Positions 49,903 to 59,523 of a stretch of DNA of 64,000 bases are shown one piece after another. The position numbers and the translations under genes were made by a program. The first letter of the stretch is position 1, and each line of letters opens with the position of its first letter. The notes under the pieces were generated by a model. It made no database searches, was not told the origin of the DNA, and saw only the letters and a program-made list of their open reading frames with translations. This stretch comes from Verrucomicrobiota bacterium (GTDB lineage: Bacteria; Verrucomicrobiota; Verrucomicrobiia; Limisphaerales; SIBE01), in contig JACQWK010000590.1 of assembly GCA_016209525.1 (NCBI GenBank), forward strand, positions 382 through 64,381, in the 5' to 3' direction.

Positions 49903-49951
49903 TCGCCAAGTCAACCGTTTGTGGCTGGGATTCACGCGTAGGTTTCCATGC

Positions 49952-52900
49952 TCACTGCCCCAGCCGGGCGCGGTAGAAGCGGCTTTGCAGGCGGGAATCG
50001 AGTGGAGCACTGAACTGGACCGATCCCGATTGGTTTTGCAGGGTGACAACGGTGGACCAAGACAAAGGCGGCGATAGACTCGCGGTCGTCTCAATGACGA
50101 TCGAACCGCCAGCCGGTCCTCGCAGCCTGAGCACGATCGAATTCAGCGAAACCGTCACCGACTCGATGATACGCTGAGCCTCCACGACCAGCGTGGCCTC
50201 ACGGCTGATCGCTATTCCTGCTGCGTTACTCACAACCACGGAATAAATTCCCGCATTCGAAGGCTGAGCGTTTCGAATGGTCAGCGAGGCGTTTGTCGCG
50301 CCGACGATATCGGTGCCGTTGAAACGCCACCGATACTGGAGCGGTTCCGTGCCTGTCGCTGCCACGCTGAAAGTGACGTCAGCGCCTGACTTTACTGTTT
50401 GGCTCGCCGGATGTGTGGTAATTCTAGGTGCCGATGCTGGGGCATTGACATTTAATAGAAAGCTCGAGTCTACTTGCCCGCCGTCCTCGTCGCGTACAGC
50501 AATGGTGATCACCACCGTTCCGGTCTGGTTCGACGCTGGCGTCACGATGACCGTCCGATTTGCACCGGACCCTCCAATCGAAATGCTCGAATTAGGGACC
50601 AACCGCTGATCATTCGACGTGCCCGAGACGACGAGTGAATTGGGCTGAGTTTCCACATCCCCTACGATAAAGGAGATCGACGGCGTCGGCGTGTTCTGCG
50701 GAACGGTCTGGCTGGGGATGGAGCTAATTGCTGGGAGATCGTTTACCGGGTTAACCGTCAGGACGAATGCCTGGCTCGCGCTGGCGGACTCGTCACTCAC
50801 AGTGAGAGTGATGGTCGCCTTGCCAAACCTGTTGGGCAGTGGAGCGATACTCAAAGTACGATTCGAACCGCCTCCGCCTAAGAGCAGGCTGGCCAGAGAG
50901 TTTGGAACCAGCAGCTCGTTTGAAGACGCTGCCTTGACGGCCAATTTGTCCACCGCTGTTTCAGCATCATCCACTGTAAAACTTACCGTGGTAGCCGTGT
51001 CCTCGTCGATGACTTGGTCGGGAGTCACGGATATCGTTGGCGCCGCGTTCGTGGCCGAAACCACCGTCAGTATTGCCGTCTCGCTTGTCGCTGAACCGCA
51101 CGTGTTCGTCACCGCAACTGAGTACCTGCCTGAATCCGTGATCTTGGCGTTCGCCAAGGTAAAGGTCGTGTTGGTCGCGGCTGGGATGTTCGCGCCATTA
51201 AAGCGCCACTGATACCTAAGTGCCGGCGTGCCCACGGCGGTTACTCTCAAGGTCGCATTGGAGCCACCGGTCACCTGCTGACTAGTCGGCTGAACTGTTA
51301 TCACCGGTGGCAGTTCGATAGTAGTCTTGGCGAATACGCTGACTTTGAAGTCATCGATCTGCCCTTTGAAGAAGTTCACGAAGTTTGGTTCATTTCCTGA
51401 ATTCTCACAGCCAATGGTAACGTGGTTCGCGCTGTAGGGCGCGGCGCCTGCCGAATTCGCGGCCTCCAGAACCCCATCGACGAAAAGTTTGACCCCAGCC
51501 GTGCGAGACAACGAAAGCGCGACATGATGCCATTGGCCGTCATTGATGGGTGACGTGCCGGCGACGAAGAGGTCGGACGCATTAAAGTAGTGGCCTACGA
51601 GGGTTCCTCTCGAACTCAATAGGATGTAATCGCCGGGACAGCATCCCCTCCACTGATCGATGCGGAACAAGCCTCCACTTTTGGCTTTCGTCTTGATCCA
51701 CATTTCGTATGTCCGCTCAGGGACCTCACCTGGAACTTGCGCGGGAACGTCCACGCGGTCATCCACTCCGTCGAAACTGAGGCTGAAGGCGCCAACGGCC
51801 GAATCCGTCGAATAAGCTGGGCCGTTCACGAGGTCGGCGTTCCGGTTCAGTATGCCCGCGTCCAACGCAACCGCACCAGTTCCCTCCTCAAAAGTGTAGG
51901 CAGCGGCGTAACCGGCGTAAGGCGTAAGCTTGATTTCCGGGTTCTCGACTCTAAGCACGACTTCCGAATATGGACCGACGCCTGGGTTCGACGGCGGGCC
52001 GACCGGGCCATCTCCGTAAAAATTCTGGATACCACGAAAAGCGTAGGTGATCCCAAGACGCAGGCGATAGACGCCCGGGATTTCGGGCGCTTTGAAACTG
52101 AATTCCTTGCGCACCAATCGAGCGCTGCCCTGGAGTTCACCGTTTTCGAGAATGACGAGCGGTGTGTCGGGCTGCCATTCTGCGTGGATACTCTTGAATG
52201 TAACGGCGTTCGGATTGAGTCCGCGTACAGTGTAAGCCAGCGACGATCTGACAGTCTGGCCCGGCAACACGACTTCCGGCAGGTTCCAATAATCCAATCG
52301 CTGCATATCCGAAGTATCGTGCTCTCCGCCGCCCGGACTGTAGTAGCTGCCATTCTGAGCGGACTGATCGAGGAAATAGTCAGCTCGCGGCGGTTTTTCG
52401 ACTCTCACCAAAACCTCCGCATAAGGGCCAATGCCAGGATTCGAGGAATCGCCTTTGGGGCCGTCGCCATAAAAATTTTGGATGCCGCGGAAGGCCCAAG
52501 TCATCGCCAGACGCATCCGATACACGCCTGGCGTGGCTGGCGCAGCAAAAGTGAAGTCCTTGCGGACGGTTCTCGGCGAACCCTGCAACACTCCGTTCTC
52601 GATCACCGCGATCGGTTTGCTCGGCGACCATTCCGCCAAGACGGTCTTATGAACGACCGCATTTGGATTGCTCGAAGTGGCTACAGTGTAGGCAAGCGCG
52701 GACTTGACCATTTGTCCGGGGGCGACAACCCTGGGCATGTTCCAGTAATCGATTCTGAAAGGCGAGCGTTCACCTGGAATGACGTTTTCTCCTCCAGAAG
52801 GATTGAAGTAGAGAACGCCTCCATCAGCGAGGGCTTCCTGGAAATAGTCCCTGTCGGGTGGCGCTTGCACCTGAAACGTGATTTCAGAATACGGCCCGAC

Positions 52901-53893
52901 GCCTGGATTGAGGGAATCTCCCTTCGGGCCGTCTCCGTAGAAGTGTTCAATGCCGCGGAAGGCCCATGTCATGGCCAGGCGCAATCGGTAAGAACCGGGC
53001 GCCAGCGGGGCGGTGAACTTGAACTCCCTTCCGACAGTCCTTCCAAACCCTTGCAACCCTTCCTCGAGTCGCAAGGGCAAGTTGGGCAGCCACTCGGGCA
53101 AGGCATTCTTGAAAACGACGCTGTTCGGGCCGCCTGAAGCCGCCACCGTAAACGCCAAGGCGGATTGGATCGTTTGCCTGGGCCCCAGCACTGGAGGCAC
53201 GTTCCAATAGTTCAGCCGGAAAGGCGATCCTTCGCCGGGAATTACGTTCTCGCCTCCATCGGGGCTGAAATACAGAACATTGGCGTCGGCAAGTTCCTGA
53301 AGAAACTGGTCCCTGATCTGATTCGTGAAAGCGACCTCATCCAGCCAACCGCGGTCCTCACCTTCGTCTGTTTCGCCGTCTTTGACGTACGTCCAGCGGA
53401 TCGTTTGGCAGCCAGGTGGGATACTTACTCGTCTCTGTTGCCAATCGACGGCGCCCGAGATTCGATTCAATTCCGTTCCGCCGATAGAAAACCGAAGCGC
53501 ATCAGCATTTCGTTGTGAGGAAACCTTCCACCAAAAAGAGAGAAATCCCGGACCGACGACAGATGTCTCGATCCATGAGTCCTGGCTGTGGCTCAGGTCG
53601 CCGCTTTCAGCCGCGTCTTCCCCATCATGCGTGGTCATATTCTGGTAAATCCATGTCGCGTTTCCACCGGAGCTCCAATTCAGCCCAATACCGTCCAAGG
53701 AGTCCGCCAGCGTAGGATCCCTAAAAGAAAAAACCTGCCCTGCTGAAAAAACTGGGACCAACGCTAGGACGACAAAAAACACAAACCGGGGAAACCAAAA
53801 ACCACATGAAAGATGCACAAGACCTCCAGAGACACCGCGAGCGCAGCGCGGTTCGAGCGTGCCAGTGTAAAGCCGATTTTGTTTCTCATGCAT
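49952..53893 (-). CDS. Large secreted protein: 3 tandem ~155-aa repeats, LamG, Ig and cadherin-like domains, C-terminal RFYR domain; start uncertain
   Basis: LSFWWKVSS domain; AFRGI..FYGDGP x3; INDGQWHHVA; ITVQP..YQWRFNG; NAAPTIS..IDED. Confidence 0.85.
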   Translation of the reverse strand: MHEKQNRLYTGTLEPRCARGVSGGLVHLSCGFWFPRFVFFVVLALVPVFSAGQVFSFRDPTLADSLDGIGLNWSSGGNATWIYQNMTTHDGEDAAESGDLSHSQDSWIETSVVGPGFLSFWWKVSSQRNADALRFSIGGTELNRISGAVDWQQRRVSIPPGCQTIRWTYVKDGETDEGEDRGWLDEVAFTNQIRDQFLQELADANVLYFSPDGGENVIPGEGSPFRLNYWNVPPVLGPRQTIQSALAFTVAASGGPNSVVFKNALPEWLPNLPLRLEEGLQGFGRTVGREFKFTAPLAPGSYRLRLAMTWAFRGIEHFYGDGPKGDSLNPGVGPYSEITFQVQAPPDRDYFQEALADGGVLYFNPSGGENVIPGERSPFRIDYWNMPRVVAPGQMVKSALAYTVATSSNPNAVVHKTVLAEWSPSKPIAVIENGVLQGSPRTVRKDFTFAAPATPGVYRMRLAMTWAFRGIQNFYGDGPKGDSSNPGIGPYAEVLVRVEKPPRADYFLDQSAQNGSYYSPGGGEHDTSDMQRLDYWNLPEVVLPGQTVRSSLAYTVRGLNPNAVTFKSIHAEWQPDTPLVILENGELQGSARLVRKEFSFKAPEIPGVYRLRLGITYAFRGIQNFYGDGPVGPPSNPGVGPYSEVVLRVENPEIKLTPYAGYAAAYTFEEGTGAVALDAGILNRNADLVNGPAYSTDSAVGAFSLSFDGVDDRVDVPAQVPGEVPERTYEMWIKTKAKSGGLFRIDQWRGCCPGDYILLSSRGTLVGHYFNASDLFVAGTSPINDGQWHHVALSLSRTAGVKLFVDGVLEAANSAGAAPYSANHVTIGCENSGNEPNFVNFFKGQIDDFKVSVFAKTTIELPPVITVQPTSQQVTGGSNATLRVTAVGTPALRYQWRFNGANIPAATNTTFTLANAKITDSGRYSVAVTNTCGSATSETAILTVVSATNAAPTISVTPDQVIDEDTATTVSFTVDDAETAVDKLAVKAASSNELLVPNSLASLLLGGGGSNRTLSIAPLPNRFGKATITLTVSDESASASQAFVLTVNPVNDLPAISSIPSQTVPQNTPTPSISFIVGDVETQPNSLVVSGTSNDQRLVPNSSISIGGSGANRTVIVTPASNQTGTVVITIAVRDEDGGQVDSSFLLNVNAPASAPRITTHPASQTVKSGADVTFSVAATGTEPLQYRWRFNGTDIVGATNASLTIRNAQPSNAGIYSVVVSNAAGIAISREATLVVEAQRIIESVTVSLNSIVLRLRGPAGGSIVIETTASLSPPLSWSTVVTLQNQSGSVQFSAPLDSRLQSRFYRARLGQ

Positions 53894-54176
53894 CTTTCCA
53901 AGGTCACTCACAGTACGGTATTGGGCTCGAAGGCTGTGAATGACCAATTTGCAGCAACCCACCGCCTCAACTGTTCCTCCATCGCAGCGAGCTGAGAGAT
54001 GGGGCTTTTCCCCACCGCTGCGGAAGGACTCTGGAGGCTCACTCAGAGCGTGCAGGGGGGCGTGATTTCGTTGCTCGGCTCTCAAATGGCGATTTCGGTT
54101 GGAGCAACGCCGCGTCTGGTATTTCGAGGATTCAAATCTGAGAATGGTATTCATTGGACATGTGCTCACATGCACC

Positions 54177-56345
54177 TCAAAACGCGTAAGTCAGCTTAAC
54201 TCGGAAGGTTCGGCCATTCTGTTCAAACCAATCCTGGAAATGGCGCGGGGTGGCTGGATCGCGATACTCCCGATCAAGAAAGTTGTAAACGCTCCCGGAG
54301 AATTCCAGGCCCTTTAACAGGTTTTGACTAAAAAGCGTGAAATTGACGACGCCGAATCCGGCCACTTCCCTATCTTTATTCCTCCACGTTTCACGTCTGC
54401 TTGTGTATTGAAATTCCAGGCCAGCCAAGACTCTGTCCAAATACAGCGGAACAGTGAGGTTCGCCTTGCCGAGATGCTTCGGCGAGTCAGGAATGGGATC
54501 ACCTGTGGTTCGGTCGTCCGTCTCCTGGAAGGTGTAGCTAAGCCTTCCGCGGAGTCCGTTCGCCCAGTGACCCTCGAGTCCCAGTTCGAGCCCCTGGGCT
54601 TCGACCTTGCTCACGTTTTGGAACGCCTCCTTCTTGAACTCGATCAAGTCATCCATCTGATTGAAAAAGCCCGACACAGTTCCCCGCAATCGTTCTCCAA
54701 CCTGCTGTTCGTAAACGAGTTCGTAGCTCGTGATCGTTTCGTGGTTGATGCCTCCGGGTCGCGCCAAGCTGAGTTCGAAGAGACTTGGGGCTCTGAAAGC
54801 TGTGCCGTAAATCGCTTTAATTGCGGAGGTCTCTACCGGGTTGTAGATCAAGGCCGCTCGCGGGCTGTCACTCGAACCTATCCCTCGAACCTCGTCGTAC
54901 CGAATGCCAGCGCTCAGGTGTAGCTTCCGATGCAATTCCGTGTCGCTGTGAATGTAGAAACCGTAGCTATGAGACCCACCTGCCCGAACTGGCGAAACAA
55001 CTGGACCAGGATCGAGCTCAAAATACAATTCCTGGCGGAAATCGTCTCGATATTCCGCCCCTGCAGAAACCGCGATCCGGTCGTTCCAGAGAGTTCGGGC
55101 GAGCTGAAGCTCACTGCCCCACCGTTCGCCTACTTGGAATTCTGTCGATAGCAAACCAGGCGATGGATAAACGGCCTTGAGATCGTTCCGATCGTAATAC
55201 ATTCGCGCCATGACATCGACGACATCGGGGAACTCATGGCTGAACTTGAAAGCGACGTAACTTCGGTCATAAGAACTCCGAGACCTTGGATCGTTAAACA
55301 CGATACCGATGGGCGCCGTGGGATCGACCTTTTCCCTATGAAGAAAACTGCCCTGCAAAGTGAAATCGCGGTAGCTCAAGCTGCTGAAGAAGCTTCCGAA
55401 CTGATCGGCGTCCCTGCCCTGTGCGATCCCATTATTCTGGTTAGGAGTATTGAAGTCCGGATAGAAAAGTCGTTCTGGCCCTTGGCTGTCGTAGACTGAC
55501 CCAGACAAAAGTAACTCCAGTCCATTCTGGAATAGGCGGCCGTAGCTCAATCTTCCTTTATAGGTGTCGTAACTCCCCGCCTCAGCGGACGTTTCCAATC
55601 CATTCCTTTGGAAATCTCCTCCTAATCGAGTGACGACGTTGATTACCCCAAAGAATGCATTGTTCCCGTAAAGCACCGAGCCTGGGCCGCGGATCACTTC
55701 CACGCGGTCGATGAGGTCAATATCCAGAGGAAACTCAGTTCCGATGAAAGCGCCGTCTGATACATTGTCGTTGACACGGTGGCCATCGACCAGGACGAGC
55801 ACGCGGTTATTGAAGTCGGCACGGCTGAATCCGCGCGCCCCAAGGTAGGAATGATTCCGGTCGTAGGAGACGTGAAATCCACTGAGGGTTCGGAGAATAT
55901 CCGACAGTGTTCGATGGCCATATTTTTGGATCTCGTCGCGCGTGACGACGGTCACCGCCGAAGGGGCTTGCAGGAGCGGTTGTTCCCACTTGGAGGCGCC
56001 ATAGACTTTCGGGAAAGCAACCTTGGTTGCCAGCAAGGCGCTGTGGTTCGTCAAAATCGATGAAGGTTCTTGAATCGTTCCGCCTGGTTCAGCTCCTCTT
56101 TCGTCCTCCGTGAGGACGAAAGCCAAGGCCACAGCGGCGAGCCTGAATACTGCATAAGTTTTTCTGCCCGCCGCGCCGGCGCGTTGGTGCGGCGCAAACC
56201 TGAAGTCTGCCGTATCGCCGACTTGTGGTCGGCACTTGGTTGCATCTGCAGGTGCATCCTGACCTCGTGCAGGAAAGAAAGCTGCCAACATGCGACTCCA
56301 CGCTGAGCTCGTGAGAATCATCTCCGCCGGGAGTTCAGCGTTCAT
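54177..56345 (-). CDS. TonB-dependent receptor; start uncertain
   Basis: APSAVTVVT..I, VLVLVDG, IDRVEVIRGPGSVLYG, GVINVVT, YGTAFRAPS, C-terminal F. Confidence 0.9.
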   Translation of the reverse strand: MNAELPAEMILTSSAWSRMLAAFFPARGQDAPADATKCRPQVGDTADFRFAPHQRAGAAGRKTYAVFRLAAVALAFVLTEDERGAEPGGTIQEPSSILTNHSALLATKVAFPKVYGASKWEQPLLQAPSAVTVVTRDEIQKYGHRTLSDILRTLSGFHVSYDRNHSYLGARGFSRADFNNRVLVLVDGHRVNDNVSDGAFIGTEFPLDIDLIDRVEVIRGPGSVLYGNNAFFGVINVVTRLGGDFQRNGLETSAEAGSYDTYKGRLSYGRLFQNGLELLLSGSVYDSQGPERLFYPDFNTPNQNNGIAQGRDADQFGSFFSSLSYRDFTLQGSFLHREKVDPTAPIGIVFNDPRSRSSYDRSYVAFKFSHEFPDVVDVMARMYYDRNDLKAVYPSPGLLSTEFQVGERWGSELQLARTLWNDRIAVSAGAEYRDDFRQELYFELDPGPVVSPVRAGGSHSYGFYIHSDTELHRKLHLSAGIRYDEVRGIGSSDSPRAALIYNPVETSAIKAIYGTAFRAPSLFELSLARPGGINHETITSYELVYEQQVGERLRGTVSGFFNQMDDLIEFKKEAFQNVSKVEAQGLELGLEGHWANGLRGRLSYTFQETDDRTTGDPIPDSPKHLGKANLTVPLYLDRVLAGLEFQYTSRRETWRNKDREVAGFGVVNFTLFSQNLLKGLEFSGSVYNFLDREYRDPATPRHFQDWFEQNGRTFRVKLTYAF

Positions 56346-59300
56346 GCAGATACCGCCTCCTTTCTTCGGGGCTCAACTGGCGGGCCGTTCTTCTGTCCGC
56401 AAGCGCGATTAAGTCATCCACAGGCGCGATAACTTCCCAAGGGTAAATCTTCGACGTCCCACGTTTTGTGACGCCAACCACCCAATTGCCGTCTGGGGTT
56501 GGAAGCAAACTGGCCAGCGGTTCGACCCCTCGAAGCGTCGCGATGATTCGCTGTTTCGCCATAGACCACCTTCGAATATGACCGTCTTCAGTGCCGGTAA
56601 CTACCGACTGCCCGTCGGGGTGGAAGGCAACACAGTTCACCGGATCCTTGTGGACAAACGGTTTCCCTAGTTGCTCTCCTGTCTGCGAGTCCCACAGCCG
56701 GGCTGTCTTGTCGGCACCGCCGGTCGCCACATGCCTTCCATCGGGACTGAACACAGCGCAGGTCACGACGCCCGCATGTCCTTGCAGGGGTGGAATGCTT
56801 CGCTCCTCAAAGACCGACCAAAGACGAGCCGTGGCATCGGCACTCGCGGTTAGCAGAAGCTGGCAGTTCGGGCTGAACACGACACTCGTCACTCCAGATC
56901 CATGCCGCTTTGGCCGTCCGATGGGCTGCCCCGTCCGTGATTCCCAGATGTGGATTGCTCCATCGATGCTCGCGCCGGCGACGAAAAGTCCGTCACAACT
57001 GAACGCAGCCGAAGTGAGGCGATGCGTGAGGCCGCTGAGCGGTGTGCTGGCTGACGAACTCACTGACTGGATTCCTGCCGTGTCCTCGCCCAGCGCCACA
57101 ACAGCAAAGCGGCGGTCTGGGCTGTCAGCCAGCTTGGATGGAGGAGGTGCACCGAATGGCAGTCTGGACGAAACGTTTGAATCGCGGGGTTTTGCAGCTT
57201 GCGTGAAATCGCTCCAGCCGGCGATGACCACCAAGTTGTTGTCCTTGGCGAAAGCCAGCGGATAAACTGGTCCTCGAAACTCCCGCACCGACTCAAGGGA
57301 GTACGGCGCAGGCGCTTCCCACAGTCGCGCTGTGCCATCGGCGCCGGCCGTGATAATGGTTTTTCCATCGGGACTGTAGGAGGCCTGATTCAGTGGACCG
57401 TCGTGTCCTTTCAGCTCCACCACGGTCTCCTTCGAGCTCAAATCGAAGATGCGTGCCGCGCCATCTTGGCCAGCCGTCAGGACAAATTGCGCATTGGGGC
57501 TGAAGACTGCGCTGAGCGAATACCCTGATGGGACCTTAAACTCAGCGACCGGTCGGCCGTTGGTTGTTCGCCAGACGCGGTTCGTCTGGTCATCACTTGC
57601 CGTCACGACAAGCAGGCTATCCGGACTGAAAGATACGTCGTTTATGAAACCCGCGTGCCCCACGAAATTCGTCAAATGCCACCATGTTTGCTCTTCCCAA
57701 AGCCTCACGATGTTGTCGTCACAGGCTACGGCCAACAACTTTCCATTGGGACTGAAGGCGATGCTCGTGACCAAATTGGTTTGGGGCGGAGGACTGCTGA
57801 ATTTCTCGCCGGTTTTTACCACCCAGAGTCGAACGGTGTCGTCCACGCTGACTGTGGCGATGTGTTCACCATCGGGGCTGAACTTTGCGGACTGGACCGG
57901 AGTCTCAAGTTTGATCGCGACAAGTTCGCGGCCAGTTCTGGCTTCCCAAACGCGCGCTGTCTGGTCGTCGCTTGCTGTCACGACTCGCTGGCTGTCCGCG
58001 TTGAAATCAGCAGAATTGATCGACCCCATATGATTCGTGAAGATAGTCACCGTCTGCCGCTGGTTTGTGTCCCAGACGCGGGCTACACCATCGGCTCCCG
58101 CGCTGACAAGGAATCGTCCGTTCGGGCTGAACACCGCGGCGTTGACGGGACCGTCGTGGCCACGCAGGACGGCGCGCTGTCGCTGAGCCATCAATGTCCG
58201 CTGCAAAGCGTCCTCTGCTTGATCGCTGCCTGAGACTCGAGCCGCTTCACAAGCTAACAGCAGACTCAGGTTCACGTCTGACGAGAGATGGCGTAGCGAA
58301 CTGGCCGCCAGTTCTCGGGACAAGGCCACGTTGCGCTGATGCCAAGCATACATGGCCAGTGATCCCAAAATGACCAAAATGAAGAGGATCAAGACCAGGC
58401 CCTTGACTGCCCGAAGAAAAGCTTTTCGCCAGTCCGTCGGCAAATTCTCCCTGATCCAGCTCCCGTCAAACACTCGCTCATAAATTACGTTGCGCACGCG
58501 CAGCTTCCCGTTCTCGCGCCGGACAATACCGGCCAGCTTGAGATGCGATTTAATCAACGATTGTTCTTCATCGACGACCGCGCGGCGGCGGCTGTGAATC
58601 TCCTTGTAGGTTTCCAAGAGCTGCCTTTTATCGACTTGACGGGGTATCCGCTTCGTTAGCATGTCGCGCACGAACTCGAGGTTGCTTTCATGCCTGCTTT
58701 TCTCTCCGAGAAAAATGCGACTTACTTCCTGGCCGACGTCCTCTGCCGTCCAGCGGTCCACGGCTTGGGCTGCAATGGCGCTGCACAGCCGCTGCGTCAA
58801 ATACGGATGCCCGCCAGTCCACTCCAGAATCCATCGAAGGATCTTGTGAGCCTGTTCCGGTGGCACGGCAAAGCCTGCTGCAAAGGGCAGTGCCTCCTCG
58901 AATGAAAAATCGGTCAACTCAATTCGCTGTCCAATATTGAAAGGCGTTCGATCGGGATCTTGAACGAGGTCCCCTGGAGTTGCCACGCCGCTCAACATGA
59001 ACGAAAGGCGTCGCAGCTCAGGGATGTGCGCTCGCGCGTTGAATAGATAACGGATTGCCGCGAAGAAGTCGTCCGTAAAATTGAGGCTCAACGTCGTGTC
59101 AATCTCGTCCACAAAAACTACCACCCGCTCGGCGATTTCGTTAAGCACGACCTCCCGAAAAAACAAGGTCAGCCGCTGAGTCATGCCGAGGTCCGCGCGG
59201 CGCCGCCACCACTCGACCAAGTTCGTCTTCAAGGTGAGTTGCTCCTCGACGGGCTCGAGTAGCCCTAAGTACCACTGTTCGGACGTGACTTGAGTCCCAA

Positions 59301-59523
59301 TTTGAGTCAAATCAACGATCACCGAGCGAACTCCTTGCTTTGCCAATTGCTCAGCCGTGTGAATCATCAAACTCGATTTGCCGCTTTGGCGAGTGTATAG
59401 AATGTAAGCGAAAGTGCCGGCGCGGCAGAGTTCCAGTAGTTCCTGATCCGCGCGGCGCGTGATATAAATTCCACCAGCAGCTTGAACGGTACCCCCCGCG
59501 GCATAGACGACGGGTCTAATCAT
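56335..59523 (-). CDS. AAA_35-like STAND NTPase + TM + WD40 repeats
   Basis: YAAGG..YITRRAD, RQSGKSS, VFVDEID, RTPFNIG, WTGGHPYLTQ; TM; many GH..V..FSP.G..ARVW repeats; start ATG 59523. Confidence 0.9.
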   Translation of the reverse strand: MIRPVVYAAGGTVQAAGGIYITRRADQELLELCRAGTFAYILYTRQSGKSSLMIHTAEQLAKQGVRSVIVDLTQIGTQVTSEQWYLGLLEPVEEQLTLKTNLVEWWRRRADLGMTQRLTLFFREVVLNEIAERVVVFVDEIDTTLSLNFTDDFFAAIRYLFNARAHIPELRRLSFMLSGVATPGDLVQDPDRTPFNIGQRIELTDFSFEEALPFAAGFAVPPEQAHKILRWILEWTGGHPYLTQRLCSAIAAQAVDRWTAEDVGQEVSRIFLGEKSRHESNLEFVRDMLTKRIPRQVDKRQLLETYKEIHSRRRAVVDEEQSLIKSHLKLAGIVRRENGKLRVRNVIYERVFDGSWIRENLPTDWRKAFLRAVKGLVLILFILVILGSLAMYAWHQRNVALSRELAASSLRHLSSDVNLSLLLACEAARVSGSDQAEDALQRTLMAQRQRAVLRGHDGPVNAAVFSPNGRFLVSAGADGVARVWDTNQRQTVTIFTNHMGSINSADFNADSQRVVTASDDQTARVWEARTGRELVAIKLETPVQSAKFSPDGEHIATVSVDDTVRLWVVKTGEKFSSPPPQTNLVTSIAFSPNGKLLAVACDDNIVRLWEEQTWWHLTNFVGHAGFINDVSFSPDSLLVVTASDDQTNRVWRTTNGRPVAEFKVPSGYSLSAVFSPNAQFVLTAGQDGAARIFDLSSKETVVELKGHDGPLNQASYSPDGKTIITAGADGTARLWEAPAPYSLESVREFRGPVYPLAFAKDNNLVVIAGWSDFTQAAKPRDSNVSSRLPFGAPPPSKLADSPDRRFAVVALGEDTAGIQSVSSSASTPLSGLTHRLTSAAFSCDGLFVAGASIDGAIHIWESRTGQPIGRPKRHGSGVTSVVFSPNCQLLLTASADATARLWSVFEERSIPPLQGHAGVVTCAVFSPDGRHVATGGADKTARLWDSQTGEQLGKPFVHKDPVNCVAFHPDGQSVVTGTEDGHIRRWSMAKQRIIATLRGVEPLASLLPTPDGNWVVGVTKRGTSKIYPWEVIAPVDDLIALADRRTARQLSPEERRRYLHER

